Shown piece after piece: positions 1 to 13,300 of a DNA stretch of 35,355 nucleotides. Each line of letters opens with the position of its first letter. Within the stretch, counting starts at the first letter, position 1. Where the stretch lies: positions 138,293 to 173,647 of the forward strand of contig NW_014040497.1 in NCBI RefSeq assembly GCF_001186125.1, given 5' to 3'. A program made the translations under genes and the position numbers. The stretch comes from Sphaeroforma arctica JP610. Taxonomy: Eukaryota. Under the pieces are notes generated by a model. The model saw only the letters and a list, made by a program, of their open reading frames with translations. It was not told the DNA's origin and searched no databases.

Positions 1-146
1 TGCATGTTGCTGAATGCACAAGAGGGACAATACAAATTGGGAAGCTTAGGTTCTTGGGTTTGTATAGGGTTTTGGGGGTGACCAAGAGACGACACTCAAC
101 CAGTTCCAACTTCCAAGTGCACGCTAATCGTACACAAGCAGTCGAT

Positions 147-3100
147 ATGAGCTTGCTAATGATGTATGCGGGAACCTGCCGCAATAGAATAGCAGCGGCA
201 GGTTCGCGGGAATATAACAGATTACGTGCCACGCTCACACTACCCACAGCACCCCACAGTACATCTCTCAGTAAAGCCAAATCCCTATCCAGCCTGTGTG
301 GGCTATTGCAGAAACAGGGCACTTTGCAAGGGCCGTTGCGAAGTGGTCATAGACATGCGTCGTCAGCTCAAAGTGAATACGGTGTGTGAAGTTTCAACGG
401 TGGTATATTCTTAACGTACTTCTCCAAAGTGACGCGTTATGTTTTGACCAGTCTGTATGCTGTAGCGGCTCTGATAAGCTTTGCTAGTCCGTATGCGTAT
501 GAAACCGTACAGCGCGCTTCTATAGTCAGCGAACGTAAATGTGGAACATGCACTCTGCACGTGTTTGAAGACGTACACTATGATCTTTTTAGTGTACGTG
601 TTAGTGAGAGTACGAGCAAGTGGGGCCGAAATTAGATGGTTGTCCATAGGATCGCGGAAGGGAGCCTACATGGAGGGTGTATAGATATATATGCTAGTGC
701 ATATGTGTAGGTGTAGCTGCGTGTGGGTATAGCTGGCATGTATAGCGATATAAACTATGTACAGTCACGCACGCATGTGTATTCGGATTCATATAGACCA
801 GGAGTCAATACCAATCGATATATTCTCCACACACAGGTGTAAATAGTTGTGTACATATATATATAAATGTATATGAAAATATGCTAACGTATACACGTGT
901 GTACATAAACACATACACACATCACACACACATACACACACACGCACACGCACATGCACACACACGCACACGCACATGCACACACACACGCACACGCACA
1001 TGCACACACACGCACACGCACATGCACACACACACGCACGCACACGCACACGCACACACACACACACATACACACACGTACACGCACACGCACACACACA
1101 CACACACGTACACACAGAGATACACACAATCGCGCGTGCTCACTTTTGTATACAGATTTATGAGGCCAGAATTTACATCGTTTTGAGTTAAAAGCATATT
1201 GTGATGTACACAGGTACAATACACCTGAACTCAATCGCCACATTTAATACGCATGCTTGTATGGTTGGTACCATAAGGGCGATATCTTCCACCTCTGCTC
1301 GAATCTCTTAGCTCACACAACCTTTGCAGCTGAACATGTATATCAAATTTGAGCGAAACTCTTCTATGTACATGGCTTGCATATCTAAAACGTTTCGGAG
1401 ATGATAGTATATTGGTATATAGCTGTACCGTATGCCGTTATCCACCACAACGATTTATGGGTCTAGATTGCTATCACACACTATTGTAATATGTATACAT
1501 GATCTGCATACAGGCACACATCCGATTGTACAACGTGGTTCAGTATATAGAGCCGCCCTGACAAGCCTGTCATATAGACTTTACCCAGCAACGGAATTGG
1601 TCGTGATGCACGTGTACAATCGTATTGAAAAGTTAGCAACGTGTATGAGTTTTGCTACCAAAAACATACCTAAATGCCCAAGTATTCAAACGTATATGGC
1701 TATTTGCGGATAGTTCGACACAGCCCGTGTATTTATACAGTACACACAACTGAAATCGTTTAATTTGTCGCACAGTTCATTCAATCGGGTTGGTGGTACA
1801 CATGAATTGCTGTGAACTTGAGAGCACTGGCGGGGCATGCGGTCGAATTCCTGCGTGCATCTCTCTGTATCAACTATACACGCCCACGTTTTAACCAACA
1901 ACTGGACTCCAATGTGGAGTATAGTACTAGAGCAATCTGTAGGTACGATGACTCGTTGACAGCTGTGTAGTCCATAGCTTGCCTTCGCATACAACGTGTT
2001 CTAAGTCTTGGGCCAATGGACTCTATTTGGTTGCGTCCGCATAAGCGAGATCAATGTACACACCTGGATGCGTGTGGGCGATAAGCGTTACACCTTCTGG
2101 GAGAATTGCACACGGCCTGTAATCTCGAATGAATCTCGAATACCGCTGCAAGGAATGGGTCACGTTCCAACAACCGCGGCACAAGCGGGTTGACACATAT
2201 ATGACACATAGTTACATGACACCACCACTAGACATATACACTACACATGTGACGGAAATGATGGGCTCATGACTGTATCCGTTCACGGCTCTATGTGAGT
2301 GATTGTGTGTCTGTCGGGGTGTGTATACAGCCATAGTTTGTCAACAACCTACTCATATTCAGCTGTATCTAGATTCGGCCATCACAGTAACGTACAATCC
2401 TGGCTAGAAACTATTATACNNNNNNNNNNNNNNNNNNNNACACACACATATATATATATATCTGCCTGCGAAGCTGACGCATAAACTAATACTATCACAA
2501 TATATATACACATCCCTGTGAAGCTGACGAGAACATGTATGTGGCCCTGCACAATCGATCTCTGATCAAAGTGCACGGTGTGGACAGTGTGAAACTACTG
2601 CAGAACCTCACCACGAACGATGTCAATAGACTGCGGCACCGCGAGACTGACCAAGGTATTGTGAAGCTGCGTTGGCTTAGTACGTGTTATTGTGAAGCTT
2701 TGTTGGTTTAGTACGTGTTATTGTGCAACGATCGTTGACTTAGTACGAGTTACTATGAAATTCGATCCAATAGGGTCTTTGGCGGGTTGCACACTGCGGT
2801 TGTATGTTTCAACAGCAATCGTTTGCTGCTATGTTTCATGCTTTACGCAAAACATACCGGCTTCAGTACGGAGACAGGGAAACTATCCTCATCCGTCTTA
2901 TCACCACTAACTTATTAGGGCTACACGAATGCATCCGCTTATCGAACTCGTATACACTGTTTGCCCGTCACGTACAGAAATTAAACGTGTATTTTCCTGT
3001 GGGATGACTCAACATGTCTGGACCTTCCACACTCTAAAGTGCCACAACCCACACCCCCCCACAGACCCCACCGCACCACCAGCACCCTCAGCCATCAGTT

Positions 3101-5395
3101 CGGCTATTCTCAACAACTTGGGCCGCGTGTTGTTCGATGTGATAATATATGGCCCCGCAGACGCAGCTGCCAACGAGTTTTATGTCGAGTGTGAGCAGGA
3201 CGCACGCGACGACCTCGTCAAGCACTTCAAGAAGTACAAGTTACGCTCGAAGGTCAAATTCGCTGTCGAAGACGGTTTGGAGGTAACAGCGTTTGTTGGC
3301 AAAAAGGCAGCAGATCTGGCCCTCCAGTATTCAAAGTATGTGTGCGTGATCGTACCGTGTAAACACGCTTTACTGTAGTCTGACACGCTTTACTATTGTC
3401 TCACACACTGTACTATCATCTGATACATTTTGATTTTCTATTGCCTGACACGCTTTGCTACTGACCAAACCCGCTTTACAATTGTCTGACACACTTTACG
3501 TCTGTCTGACACTCTCTTATGTGAACTAGGAATACGAACGAGATAGCAGTGACCGATCCACGCCACCCTGGCCTGGGCACGCGCGCAATGGTTCCCACAG
3601 TCGCGGCGGCGGATGTCGGCGTCAGCCTCACGTCACCGGACTTTATGAGTAACCTGGTAGAAGGCACACTGACAGACTATGTGCGATGCAGGTGAGTGCT
3701 GTAGGCTATATCACACTCTTCTCGGGGGATGATTGGGGGTGTGCTGGTTGCTGGGTTGCATAAAAGTGCTTGGATAGTATTGCACACCCGTCTGTCAATG
3801 TCTCGTATCTCAAGACTCGTTTTCACAGCTAGCTCAGTATGGAATGCACACCTGTGAGACTGAGTATGTTGCACTCGCACATTTTAATAATGCGTAGCGA
3901 GATGGCCCATCCCTCCCACATGCGACGCATTTGTCACACATGCAACAGTTCTCGTTGGGTAGTCTGGCTGCCGGATCAGTTTCGTTTCAAGCGCATTGAG
4001 TGAATAGAGTGCTACGCTACAGCTCGCCAAGACAGGCACGCGAATACACACTTCAGGGTCTCTGATATCCACCAACCTTCAATACCGTGTACCACAATCT
4101 CTGTCTCAGATATCATGTGGGCGTACCTGAGGGCTTGGTTGAGATCACGAAAGAAGAGGCATTCCCGCTCGAGTCGAACTTCGATGTGTTGAACGGAAGT
4201 ATGTGAAGTCGGCCTGAACGATCAGACGACCTAAACTCAAAATATGTGCAGTGTTGAGCTGTACGATAGTAATTGGCAGTGTGTGTGTATACTGTTGTTG
4301 TCATGATGCAATACATTACTCAGATACAAAGGAAAATCTTCAGTGGAATCGTCCGGGATGGTTACCGTATCTCTCCGCGTTTCTTGTCACACTCCTCCTT
4401 CTCCTTCCGTAGCTTTCTAATTGTTCTGTGCCTGACAACACATGGTACAGTTGACTTCGACAAGGGGTGCTACATTGGGCAGGAGCTGACAGCGCGTGCG
4501 AAGTTTGTAGGCGTCACGCGGAAACGACTTCTGCCAGTCACCATACAGCCTGCGCTTAACCCAGAGACAGCGTAAGTCTCGCGTTTCGAGCTCGTTTTGT
4601 ACATGCGCGTGTTCGCATGTGTGTACATACGCATTAAGCCAATAGTATAATGTTCAGCTCCGTGAGTGTCTACGGATCATAAAGACAGCGCACCAAACCA
4701 ATCATCTGTGTTGTGCATACTATCGGGAGATCAAGCCAACATCGGTCGGCTGTGAAACTGATCAGACGGAGCTTCTCGCCTCATACAAGGCTAAAGCGTC
4801 TATTAACGACCTTAATTCTACCGTCGTAGTATACAATAACCGTACCTCACCTTGAGACCATATTGTGTACCTTGATTCATTCTCGGTAAGCTATACACAT
4901 GGTCGCTCAAGGCTGTATTCATCGCATATAACAGACCCCTCAGCGGGACCAAGATATACCACAAAGGGAAATCGGTAGGGAAGTTCAAGCGCGGCATTGA
5001 CAGCGACGGAATGGCCTTGCTGCGATTGTCAGTGTAAGTGTTTACTGCGACTGTTAATGTAAGCGATGTTTTTGCATTCCGCATTTGGCTTATTCTCGAC
5101 TCGGCAATGCTCATGATCCTGATTGAATCATATACATGTTCGCGAAAAAGAATGAAACGGAAGAGAGTTTGAATTTGGTGACCAATGTTATATTCCAATC
5201 CTTATGCCAACCTCTCGATAAACACGCCTGTCTGATGTACACTTTTATGATACCACCCGGTGTGTGTTGCACAGGACACATATAGAGGATGATGCAGAGC
5301 TGACTATGGAAGGTCCCGACGGCACAACCTATCAGGTGCATCATCAACGACCCGCCTGGTTCATGGACATGCTCAAAGAGATGGACGAATCCTAG
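147..5395 (+). CDS. IBA57: Mitochondrial Fe-S cluster assembly factor IBA57/CAF17 (YgfZ/GcvT family). Exons approx. 147-381 (or -372), 2524-2655, 3092-3335, 3530-3691, 4110-4198, 4451-4571, 4935-5033, 5275-5395
   Basis: Spliced translation gives [54 protein letters not shown]...FPLESNFD and the family signature [14 protein letters not shown]. All joins are GT-AG with matching phases. Exon 1 is less certain; it encodes an Arg/Ser-rich presequence-like peptide ending RHASS. Confidence 0.93.
895..1130. repeat. Compound (CA)n / CACACGCACACGCACATG micro-minisatellite in IBA57 intron 1
   Basis: Directly visible. It explains the spurious HT/CV-rich ORFs at 789-1243. Confidence 0.95.
2656..2760 (+). 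repeat. ~31-32 bp minisatellite (about 3 copies) starting at the intron 2 donor
   Basis: Unit TATTGTGAAGCT..GTTGG.TTAGTACGTGT is repeated and degenerates rightwards. Confidence 0.85.
3360..3515 (+). repeat. Degenerate ~20 bp minisatellite (CTGACACGCTTTACTATTGT) in IBA57 intron 3
   Basis: Multiple CTGACAC(G/A)CTTT units are visible. Confidence 0.8.
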
Positions 5396-5555
5396 AGCAC
5401 GTATTTCTATTGAAAGATGGATGAATAATGGAGCACAGATTTCTATGGAGAGATGGGACGGATCATAGAGTACACATTGCTATTGAAAGATAGATGAATC
5501 ATGGAGCACAGATTCAGATGAAGAGATGAGACGGATCATAGAGCACATATTGGTA
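5375..5555 (+). repeat. ~35 bp tandem repeat (about 5 copies, alternating types) overlapping the IBA57 stop codon and 3' UTR
   Basis: Unit AGATGGA(C/T)GAATCATAGAGCAC...TTCTAT is repeated. The first copy encodes the last residues and the TAG. Confidence 0.85.
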
Positions 5556-7146
5556 TGCGTGAACGACCGAGAAAAGCACAGACCTTGAAGAATCCGACCA
5601 TTTGCACCGAATAAACGTGGGCCCTGTGTCAGGGAACGTTAAGTCGTATCGCAGTTGTATAGCGTTTGTTATGAGGATGTGACAATTCAAAGAGTTTACT
5701 ACTGATGCCGAGTTTAGACCGGTTAGGTGTGCGTGCGTGTTATCTCCTACGATAGTAAGTACGCACTGTATCCGAATATATAGTGAATGCCTTCTCAGTT
5801 TAATTAATAGTAGTCAAGTTTCTGTATTACATCGTTTGATTTCACGGGACGAGGGCAGTGTCATACACACCAAGCTGCGCTGCGAGGAGTGGCCTTAATT
5901 TACAACATCGTACATCGATTCGCCGGATGGTCTTAACGTACCATATCGTATATCGATTCGTCGGAAGATTGTTGAGTGTATTTAGTTACCGAGGATTCTT
6001 CAGCTGGCAAATAAGTTCAGGCAGGTATAGGTAGTCAAGTGTACTTTTATGTGAATTGATTGGTTTAAAAGGCTCACAATGCATATAAGTAGCACGGCCA
6101 GCAACAAATCTACCACATGACTGGTTTCCGTCAAGATCTGGGAAATAGTTCGGCATCCTCCGCGGAAAAGCTACCTGTCAACACTTCGTCCGTCTACAAA
6201 CTGTATAAGGCACATGCCACGGATTTGTAAGGTTGGAAGAGGACGAACAAAGGAAAAACGTGGCCTACAATTGTATCATCAGGAAGGATGTATGTGCAGT
6301 GCACCCCGATAGCATCACAATTTGTGTTTTTTTGCAGTCGTAGCGGTAGTATAGTTCGAGAGGCACCTTAAATGTATGGTACAGCATAACTATCCACAGA
6401 TATATAATGAAATCCCAGAAGAATATAGCTGGCAGCACAAGACAATACGAAAGCAAATATGTATATATGAATGCATCTTTCCGGACTGAATGCAGCGCAT
6501 GCGACGTACGTGTAAACCACATCAAAAACCGATTCCTTATGCAATCGTCTTGAGAAATGTGTCGTGTTGTATTGTTAACAAGGATGCAAGAACAAAAATT
6601 CATTGAGGTATGATAGAAGTATAATGTTGTCAGAATGCGACCACATTGTACCAGGCTTCGTCCCGTTCAGAAACAAATATGTATCGCTATTCGCAAAAGG
6701 TTAGGCGTCCATGGAAGCCCCACGCAACAGGTTACTAAGTAAGTGCACTCTTTAAACATGAAATGTATATTGTCCGGATACAGTTTTGAACACAATCGGC
6801 TATATTTGTTTACCTTGACCGACACAACAAATGTACTATATAGTTTCTCGACAATGAGACAATAAAGCGACCGGCTGCTACAGAATATATGGATAATTAT
6901 CTCATAATGCTATCAGTCCCATCAGAAACCCAAAACCCATTTCGCATGTGTTCCTAAATATACATAAAAAATTAACTTCCTAAAATTGTAATTCAATTAT
7001 TCATACATACCTCGCATATTTTTAGTAAATAGGTTTGTCGAATAGTTCTATCAAGTTGTAGTTCTCACTCTGCCTGCCGTATTACACATACCACTGTATT
7101 GTGAGCATATTGTAAGTTGTCTTCAGGCAGAGCAGAAGAATTCACA

Positions 7147-7413
7147 ATGGCTTTCGTCAAGGATAGGAGAAGGCCGACTGGGCCACCTGTCAGCGTGATA
7201 CCACCGTCTGTCACAGATAAAAAGGTAGGGTTGGGGCGAACGAGCCAGGGACCGTCCTCTTGTGTTCTAGTTTGTTTCAACAGATCAAAATTGTTGAAGA
7301 TGAACTGGATGTAATAGTGAGCACTTGTAAATGCAAGTATTCGAACTAATTGTGTATGCATACATATTTAATGTTCATAAATTTCTTGCGTAAACATAGG
7401 TGTGTGTCAGCAC

Positions 7414-7484
<71 letters not shown>

Positions 7485-10166
7485 NNNNNNNNNNNNNNNN
7501 NNNNNNNNNNNNNNNNNNNNNNNNNNNNNNNNNNNNNNNNNNNNNNNNNNNNNNNNNNNNNNNNNNNNNNNNNNNNNNNNNNNNNNNNNNNNNNNNNNNN
7601 NNNNNNNNNNNNNNNNNNNNNNNNNNNNNNNNNNNNNNNNNNNNNNNNNNNNNNNNNNNNNNNNNNNNNNNNNNNNNNNNNNNNNNNNNNNNNNNNNNNN
7701 NNNNNNNNNNNNNNNNNNNNNNNNNNNNNNNNNNNNNNNNNNNNNNNNNNNNNNNNNNNNNNNNNNNNNNNNNNNNNNNNNNNNNNNNNNNNNNNNNNNN
7801 NNNNNNNNNNNNNNNNNNNNNNNNNNNNNNNNNNNNNNNNNNNNNNNNNNNNNNNNNNNNNNNNNNNNNNNNNNNNNNNNNNNNNNNNNNNNNNNNNNNN
7901 NNNNNNNNNNNNNNNNNNNNNNNNNNNNNNNNNNNNNNNNNNNNNNNNNNNNNNNNNNNNNNNNNNNNNNNNNNNNNNNNNNNNNNNNNNNNNNNNNNNN
8001 NNNNNNNNNNNNNNNNNNNNNNNNNNNNNNNNNNNNNNNNNNNNNNNNNNNNNNNNNNNNNNNNNNNNNNNNNNNNNNNNNNNNNNNNNNNNNNNNNNNN
8101 NNNNNNNNNNNNNNNNNNNNNNNNNNNNNNNNNNNNNNNNNNNNNNNNNNNNNNNNNNNNNNNNNNNNNNNNNNNNNNNNNNNNCATTTATATACACAAA
8201 ATATTTAAAGAATGCGTATACACATTCATTATGGACGTTTCCTGAAAAGTTTATACTTTTGGCTATAATGCATCGACTCGAAAGCTCTAAATTTTAATAT
8301 ATTCACTGTCTTTGCGTAATTGAGGGTAGAGTATAAAAGACGATTTTGCATAATTTTGAAAACTAAGAGTGTATATCAATGTTGTAATACAAGCATATAC
8401 GAATAACTTCTATTGCGAGTATTGTGAGGCAAAGAAGTATATATATAATCGCATTGTTGCTCTGCATTGGCCATTGTCTCAATAGTTGTGTGTCACATGA
8501 GTGGTTATGTATTGTAGAGTTGTTTATATCTGCCACCTATGGGTAGCAATTTATTTGGCTGCAGTTATATCTTGCCACAAATACAAGACTATCAGAGATA
8601 CAGGATGAGAAAAACATATCGGCATATATATATATACACACATAGTGCGCTCCTGTGATCGAAAAACGACTCGTGGATCTCGACAAATGTGTCGGACATG
8701 TGCTTTAGCTTTCAGTATTGAGTCACGTATGTCACATGTATGTTTACACTAGTTTGTTATTGAGACCTATCACCGTACATATGTGTATGGTCTATTTGCA
8801 TAGCATATCAATTCACTATCCAATTGCAATGTTGTTTGCTGCCTACATAGGAGTCGCAGCCTCTATTGTCTAAAACAACGGGGTCGATCCAGCGTGCGGA
8901 AGGGCGCGGTTTAAAACAACTACGTCCAGTATTTACGAAAGTGGGCACTACGCCGCTGGCCAATGGATCCGCATACGGCGAGATGGGAAGTAAGTAAGAC
9001 TTTTTTCTTAGTATTGTGCATAGTGTGCAAACCAGCATATGAAATTTGGGTACATATGTGCGTCTTTATATATATGCTGCATGGTGATATCTCGATGTTT
9101 GGAAATTAACGCCACGCTTTTCGTACGGTTCAGATACCAAATGCGTAGCAGTGGTACACGGCCCTCGGGAGTACAAAGGAGACTACAGTGAGGATGCTGT
9201 GCTGAATTGCGAATTCCGCTACGATTCCGTGTCCCAACCCACTCTCCGCGCGAACGACAAGAGCGCACAGGAGAACGAGTACTCTATCATGCTAGCAAAT
9301 GCATTGTCCAACTGCATACAGAGAGAAGCCTACCCTAAGTCAGTTATCGATATAGTGGTGACGATACTAGACGATGATGGTGGTGCCTTTGCTGTGGCAC
9401 TCACTACCGCGAGTTTAGCCCTGGCTCACGCTGGTTTGCAGATGTATGACTTGGCTGCATCGGTGTCTGTGGTATGTGCGCGTGCAGAAGTGATGTATTA
9501 TCTGAATTGTGCCTTTTTTTCTGTACCATAGACTTGCGTTGTTAAGCAATCCCTTGGAAGCCAAGGAATATCGCACACTGGGAATACAATGCAACATGCA
9601 CAAGTGGAGCATGTAATGACCTTAATGGCAACTTTAACATTGTACCATATCGCGCTCAATTCTACCACAGGCAGTCGTTGGGCAATGTGTGATCACCGAT
9701 CCAACAGATGAAGAATTAGCACAATCAAACGGACACGTCACGGTCGGATACTTACCACAATTGAATGAAATTTGTAGTATTGTACAGGTAAGGGTGTATT
9801 GGTAGTTTGTTGGTCGATAACAAGCAATCGTGCTTCTCGAGTCGAACACTAAAATTTAGTTAATTTTGCTCACCAAACAATTCTTACTTTCTTTCTGCAG
9901 GAAGGACAGTTGAGTCCGCAGGTGTCGAGCGGCGCGATTGAACAATGTATAGATTCTTGTGCACAGGTATGCAGCTGGTGATGCCTAAATTTGCTTCCCA
10001 ATAGCACGTTCATTGCATAAACGTTGCGTATCAATCTTGCTCTTTCTGTGAGTGCTCTGACAGGTGATACTGATCGTTCTATTATTTTCCTTTCACTTCA
10101 ATGCAGATGTATTTCGTGATACAAGAGACACTGAAGAACCATAATGAAGCTGAAGCCGAACAGTAG
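7147..10166 (+). CDS. EXOSC6: RNA exosome core subunit MTR3/EXOSC6 (RNase PH family). Exons 7147-7224, 8851-8989, 9134-9471, 9671-9787, 9901-9966, 10107-10166
   Basis: The N-terminal DRRRPTGP is typical of Mtr3. It is followed by LRPVFTKVG...ANGSAYGEMGNTKCVAVVHGPR, YPKSVIDIVVTILDDDGG, ASLALAHAGLQMYDL and DPTDEE. Intron phases are consistent. Intron 1 spans an assembly gap. Confidence 0.9.
7416..8183. repeat. (CA)n microsatellite (7416-7484) running into an N gap
   Basis: Directly visible. Confidence 0.97.
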
Positions 10167-10352
10167 GCTTTTGAAATAAAAATTAGTATATTGAAAGCTG
10201 GTATCTCCAGGCCTTATCTGATGCCGGATATGATCGCATTATACGAGACCCTATTTGCATCACCTTATCGTTTATCGCTTTGTATAATATTATTGTACAA
10301 CAATATTGTCTCGTCAGTCAAATATGATCAGTGAAGGTGACCTCCAGCAGTG

Positions 10353-13300
10353 CTAGGCCAATGCCATGCGCTTCTCACCCGACGACTGCTTTTGCTTAAC
10401 AAGTCTGTACTTATCAATCTGCTCCAAGTCCGCTAACGGTATGAGTGTGGGGCGGCCATGTGCGCACTGGAAGGGGAGATCGCACTGTATGCGGGAATAT
10501 AGTATTTGTATGAGTCATAGTTGCCATGATAACTCATGATCTCATCGCATAGAGACGGTGAAACACGAGCAAAAAGTTGTCTACGAAAAAATATACATAT
10601 TCTCTCGTCATAGTTATGTACCTGCAGGATGCACGAATCCGTAAGTAGAAAACAGTGTAGAAGCGCACTGTTGCGCAATTGTGACAGAAAGTCTCATAAA
10701 AATTTCCTGCAATGGTGGGAAAACAGCATGAAAGTTGGCACATCACACCTACATGATCAGGGGTGTAGCTGTGCGATTAATACCTTAGCAAGGTCAGCAA
10801 CAATCTGACGGCATACGTCGATACCCAATTCATCGCCAAACTTGATGGCACCACGACACGCGACGTGGTTGAAAACCCGCTTCATAACACGTGGCAATAT
10901 CGTGGTCATGCTGCCGGTGTTTCTATGAATGTGTATCTGTTCATTCATCAGAGTCTGCGTTATGTAAGAATCGAATATGATACAGTCAGTAGAATAAGCT
11001 GTAATTTGGCTGTAATTTGGTTGTAATTCCAAGGGCTATCTTGTGCCGTGTTATTGGCTGACATTCCAGTAGAGTACCACTTACCCTGACAACATGCCCC
11101 ACCTCGTCCTCGCGGATGCCGGTTTTAAATACCTCGGGCAATGAGCACACAATGATCCGTTCATCGAAGGCGGCTTCTCTGCTTATCAATAGTCATATTA
11201 AAAAAATAGATGTATCATCAACCCATGTTCGAAATACATGTGAATAGCACTTTCAAGGTACCGATAGACACATATACAAGATATAGCAAGTATCAAACGT
11301 TCAACCTTGACCCAATGCTGATCAAGAAAAAAATCAATGTATTAAGCGAAAGACTTACAGGTCAACAATGACTTCGATCCCCCATCGTAAGAGAGCTTCG
11401 CATTGCTGTTGCACACATTGTGCATCTTCTTCCGTTACCTTGACAGCTATGAAAGGATCTAACGGTACAGGACCTATATTGTTTTGCCGACCTTTGCTGC
11501 GGGGATAAAGATACACGTTTGGTGTTTATAATAATTTATTGGTATATCCAGATAGCTCCTGGGTTGTGTAATGTGGGGATTGCATAGATTATGGCTGCTA
11601 GAAAAATACCTTCAGATATTTCACGTGCTGCCATACAAACCTGAACTCTGACAAGATTTCTTCCAGTCTTAGTCTCTCATGCGCGGCATGCTGGTCCAAC
11701 AAGGCCACAACGGGGTTATCCACTGCATTGGTTCGGTATGGTAAGAGACATACAATGTAACTCTTATCCATTTGTTTGAGCACTCGTGCTTTGTCCAGCA
11801 TGTCTCTGGTGAACAGTACGGGCTCTGCACTGGTCACCTCCGCACCTTTCAGGAACTTTGCATACGAGGCTGAGTAGCACCGCAGAGGCTGACCCATGGG
11901 CCGCAATACCGGATTTTCCCACTCCGCTAAAATGCTAGTCACATTTAGCTCGGTAGATGTCTCAGAGTCTTCAGATGAAGCCGTACCTTTCTTTTCTTTT
12001 AAACCCCCTACACCGCTAGTAGGTACATGCTGGGCAGGCTCGGCACGATGTTTCTCTACTTTCGATTGTTCCATGGTCACTAATGCGGCATTAAGTTTCG
12101 AGTCAGACACGCCTTCTCTAATGATCGCATTAAGCTGTTCAATATCTCGCGATCCGTATCCCTTGCTTACGAGCCGTTCGCGACGCGACAGGTGTTTTTC
12201 CACGTGCTTAAGTGGTTCTTTGGGTTGAGTAGATTTCGCCACTGTTGAATTTGACTTGTTCACACACCCGGTCGTGGACAAGATACAACCTCCTTCATCA
12301 CGAGCTATAGCCAAACCCCGTCTAGTTGTTGGTGCTGGGATTTTTAGTGATGGATTCTTTCGAGAAGTCGAGCTCATCGCCTGGTCAGACACCTCCTGGC
12401 ACACTGAAACGGCTGGCAGTTCATCTACGTTTTGGACCTTCTGGCGTATAATATTTTGGGCTTCAGAGGCCAAATCCACAGCAGTCATTGCTGGTGATTG
12501 GGAAGTATTCGAATTTTCTTCATCGGAAGACACAATTGCGGCTTCGTGGTCTGACACCTCCTGGTTCGTAATCACGGTTGGCATTTCAGCGTCGAGCGGA
12601 GTTTTCTGGCGCACATCCTTTGAACCTGTAGGAGCAAACGCCGAACATGATGATCTCTTTGCAAATGAATGCAGGTTAATTTCTTTGTGTGTGAGAGTAC
12701 CTGGTTTGTGCTTTGTGGACGTAGACACCACTGGGGTAGTGTTCGCTCGAGCCTCGACGGACCGTTTGACAACATCTTGCAAGAACGGCAGCGATTGCAG
12801 TTGGAATTGACATACAGGCTCCGTGCCGAATTCTGATTGCGAGGGTAAGTGAGGCTCATGCTGTGCACGCGATGGATCAGTTACCCCAGTTCCTGGCGTG
12901 ACTGAAGAACACGGCCTAGACAGCCGGCCCGGATATCTATCCAAATGGGATCCAAACGTTGGAACATGCGTCTTAAGTGTGTAGTGCGATTGCTCATAAG
13001 TATCATTTTGGTTCGAACTGGGCTTACTCGGTCGAGGTCGGCTATGTGTCGGGCCCTGACTATCTGTACCAAGTTGTGCACTGGTTTTAAAATCTCGACG
13101 TGGGAAGGTCTGTTCTATTGATTGCGCCTCTTTAGACTGTTTTTCTCGCCTGGCTGTGGAATTATGAGGTGCGGCATGTGCTCTAAAGAGCGGCGGTATC
13201 TGCCGCTGAAGGTTAAAGCAAGACTGGTGTTTTGATTGCGGCAATCGACGCTTCGACTTTGATGTGGCATTCGGAAGTGCTGGTGGAATGGCACTAGGGT

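Noticed and set aside
789..1243. Six overlapping His/Thr- or Cys/Val-rich ORFs
   Set aside because: They are translations of a (CA)n-type repeat inside an intron.
5375..5555. CRISPR-like periodic repeats (also 2656-2760)
   Set aside because: The units are contiguous and degenerate with no unique spacers, there are no cas genes, and the context is eukaryotic.
7350..8297. Long ORFs of 260-315 aa (likewise 32088-33219)
   Set aside because: They are artefacts of N gaps.
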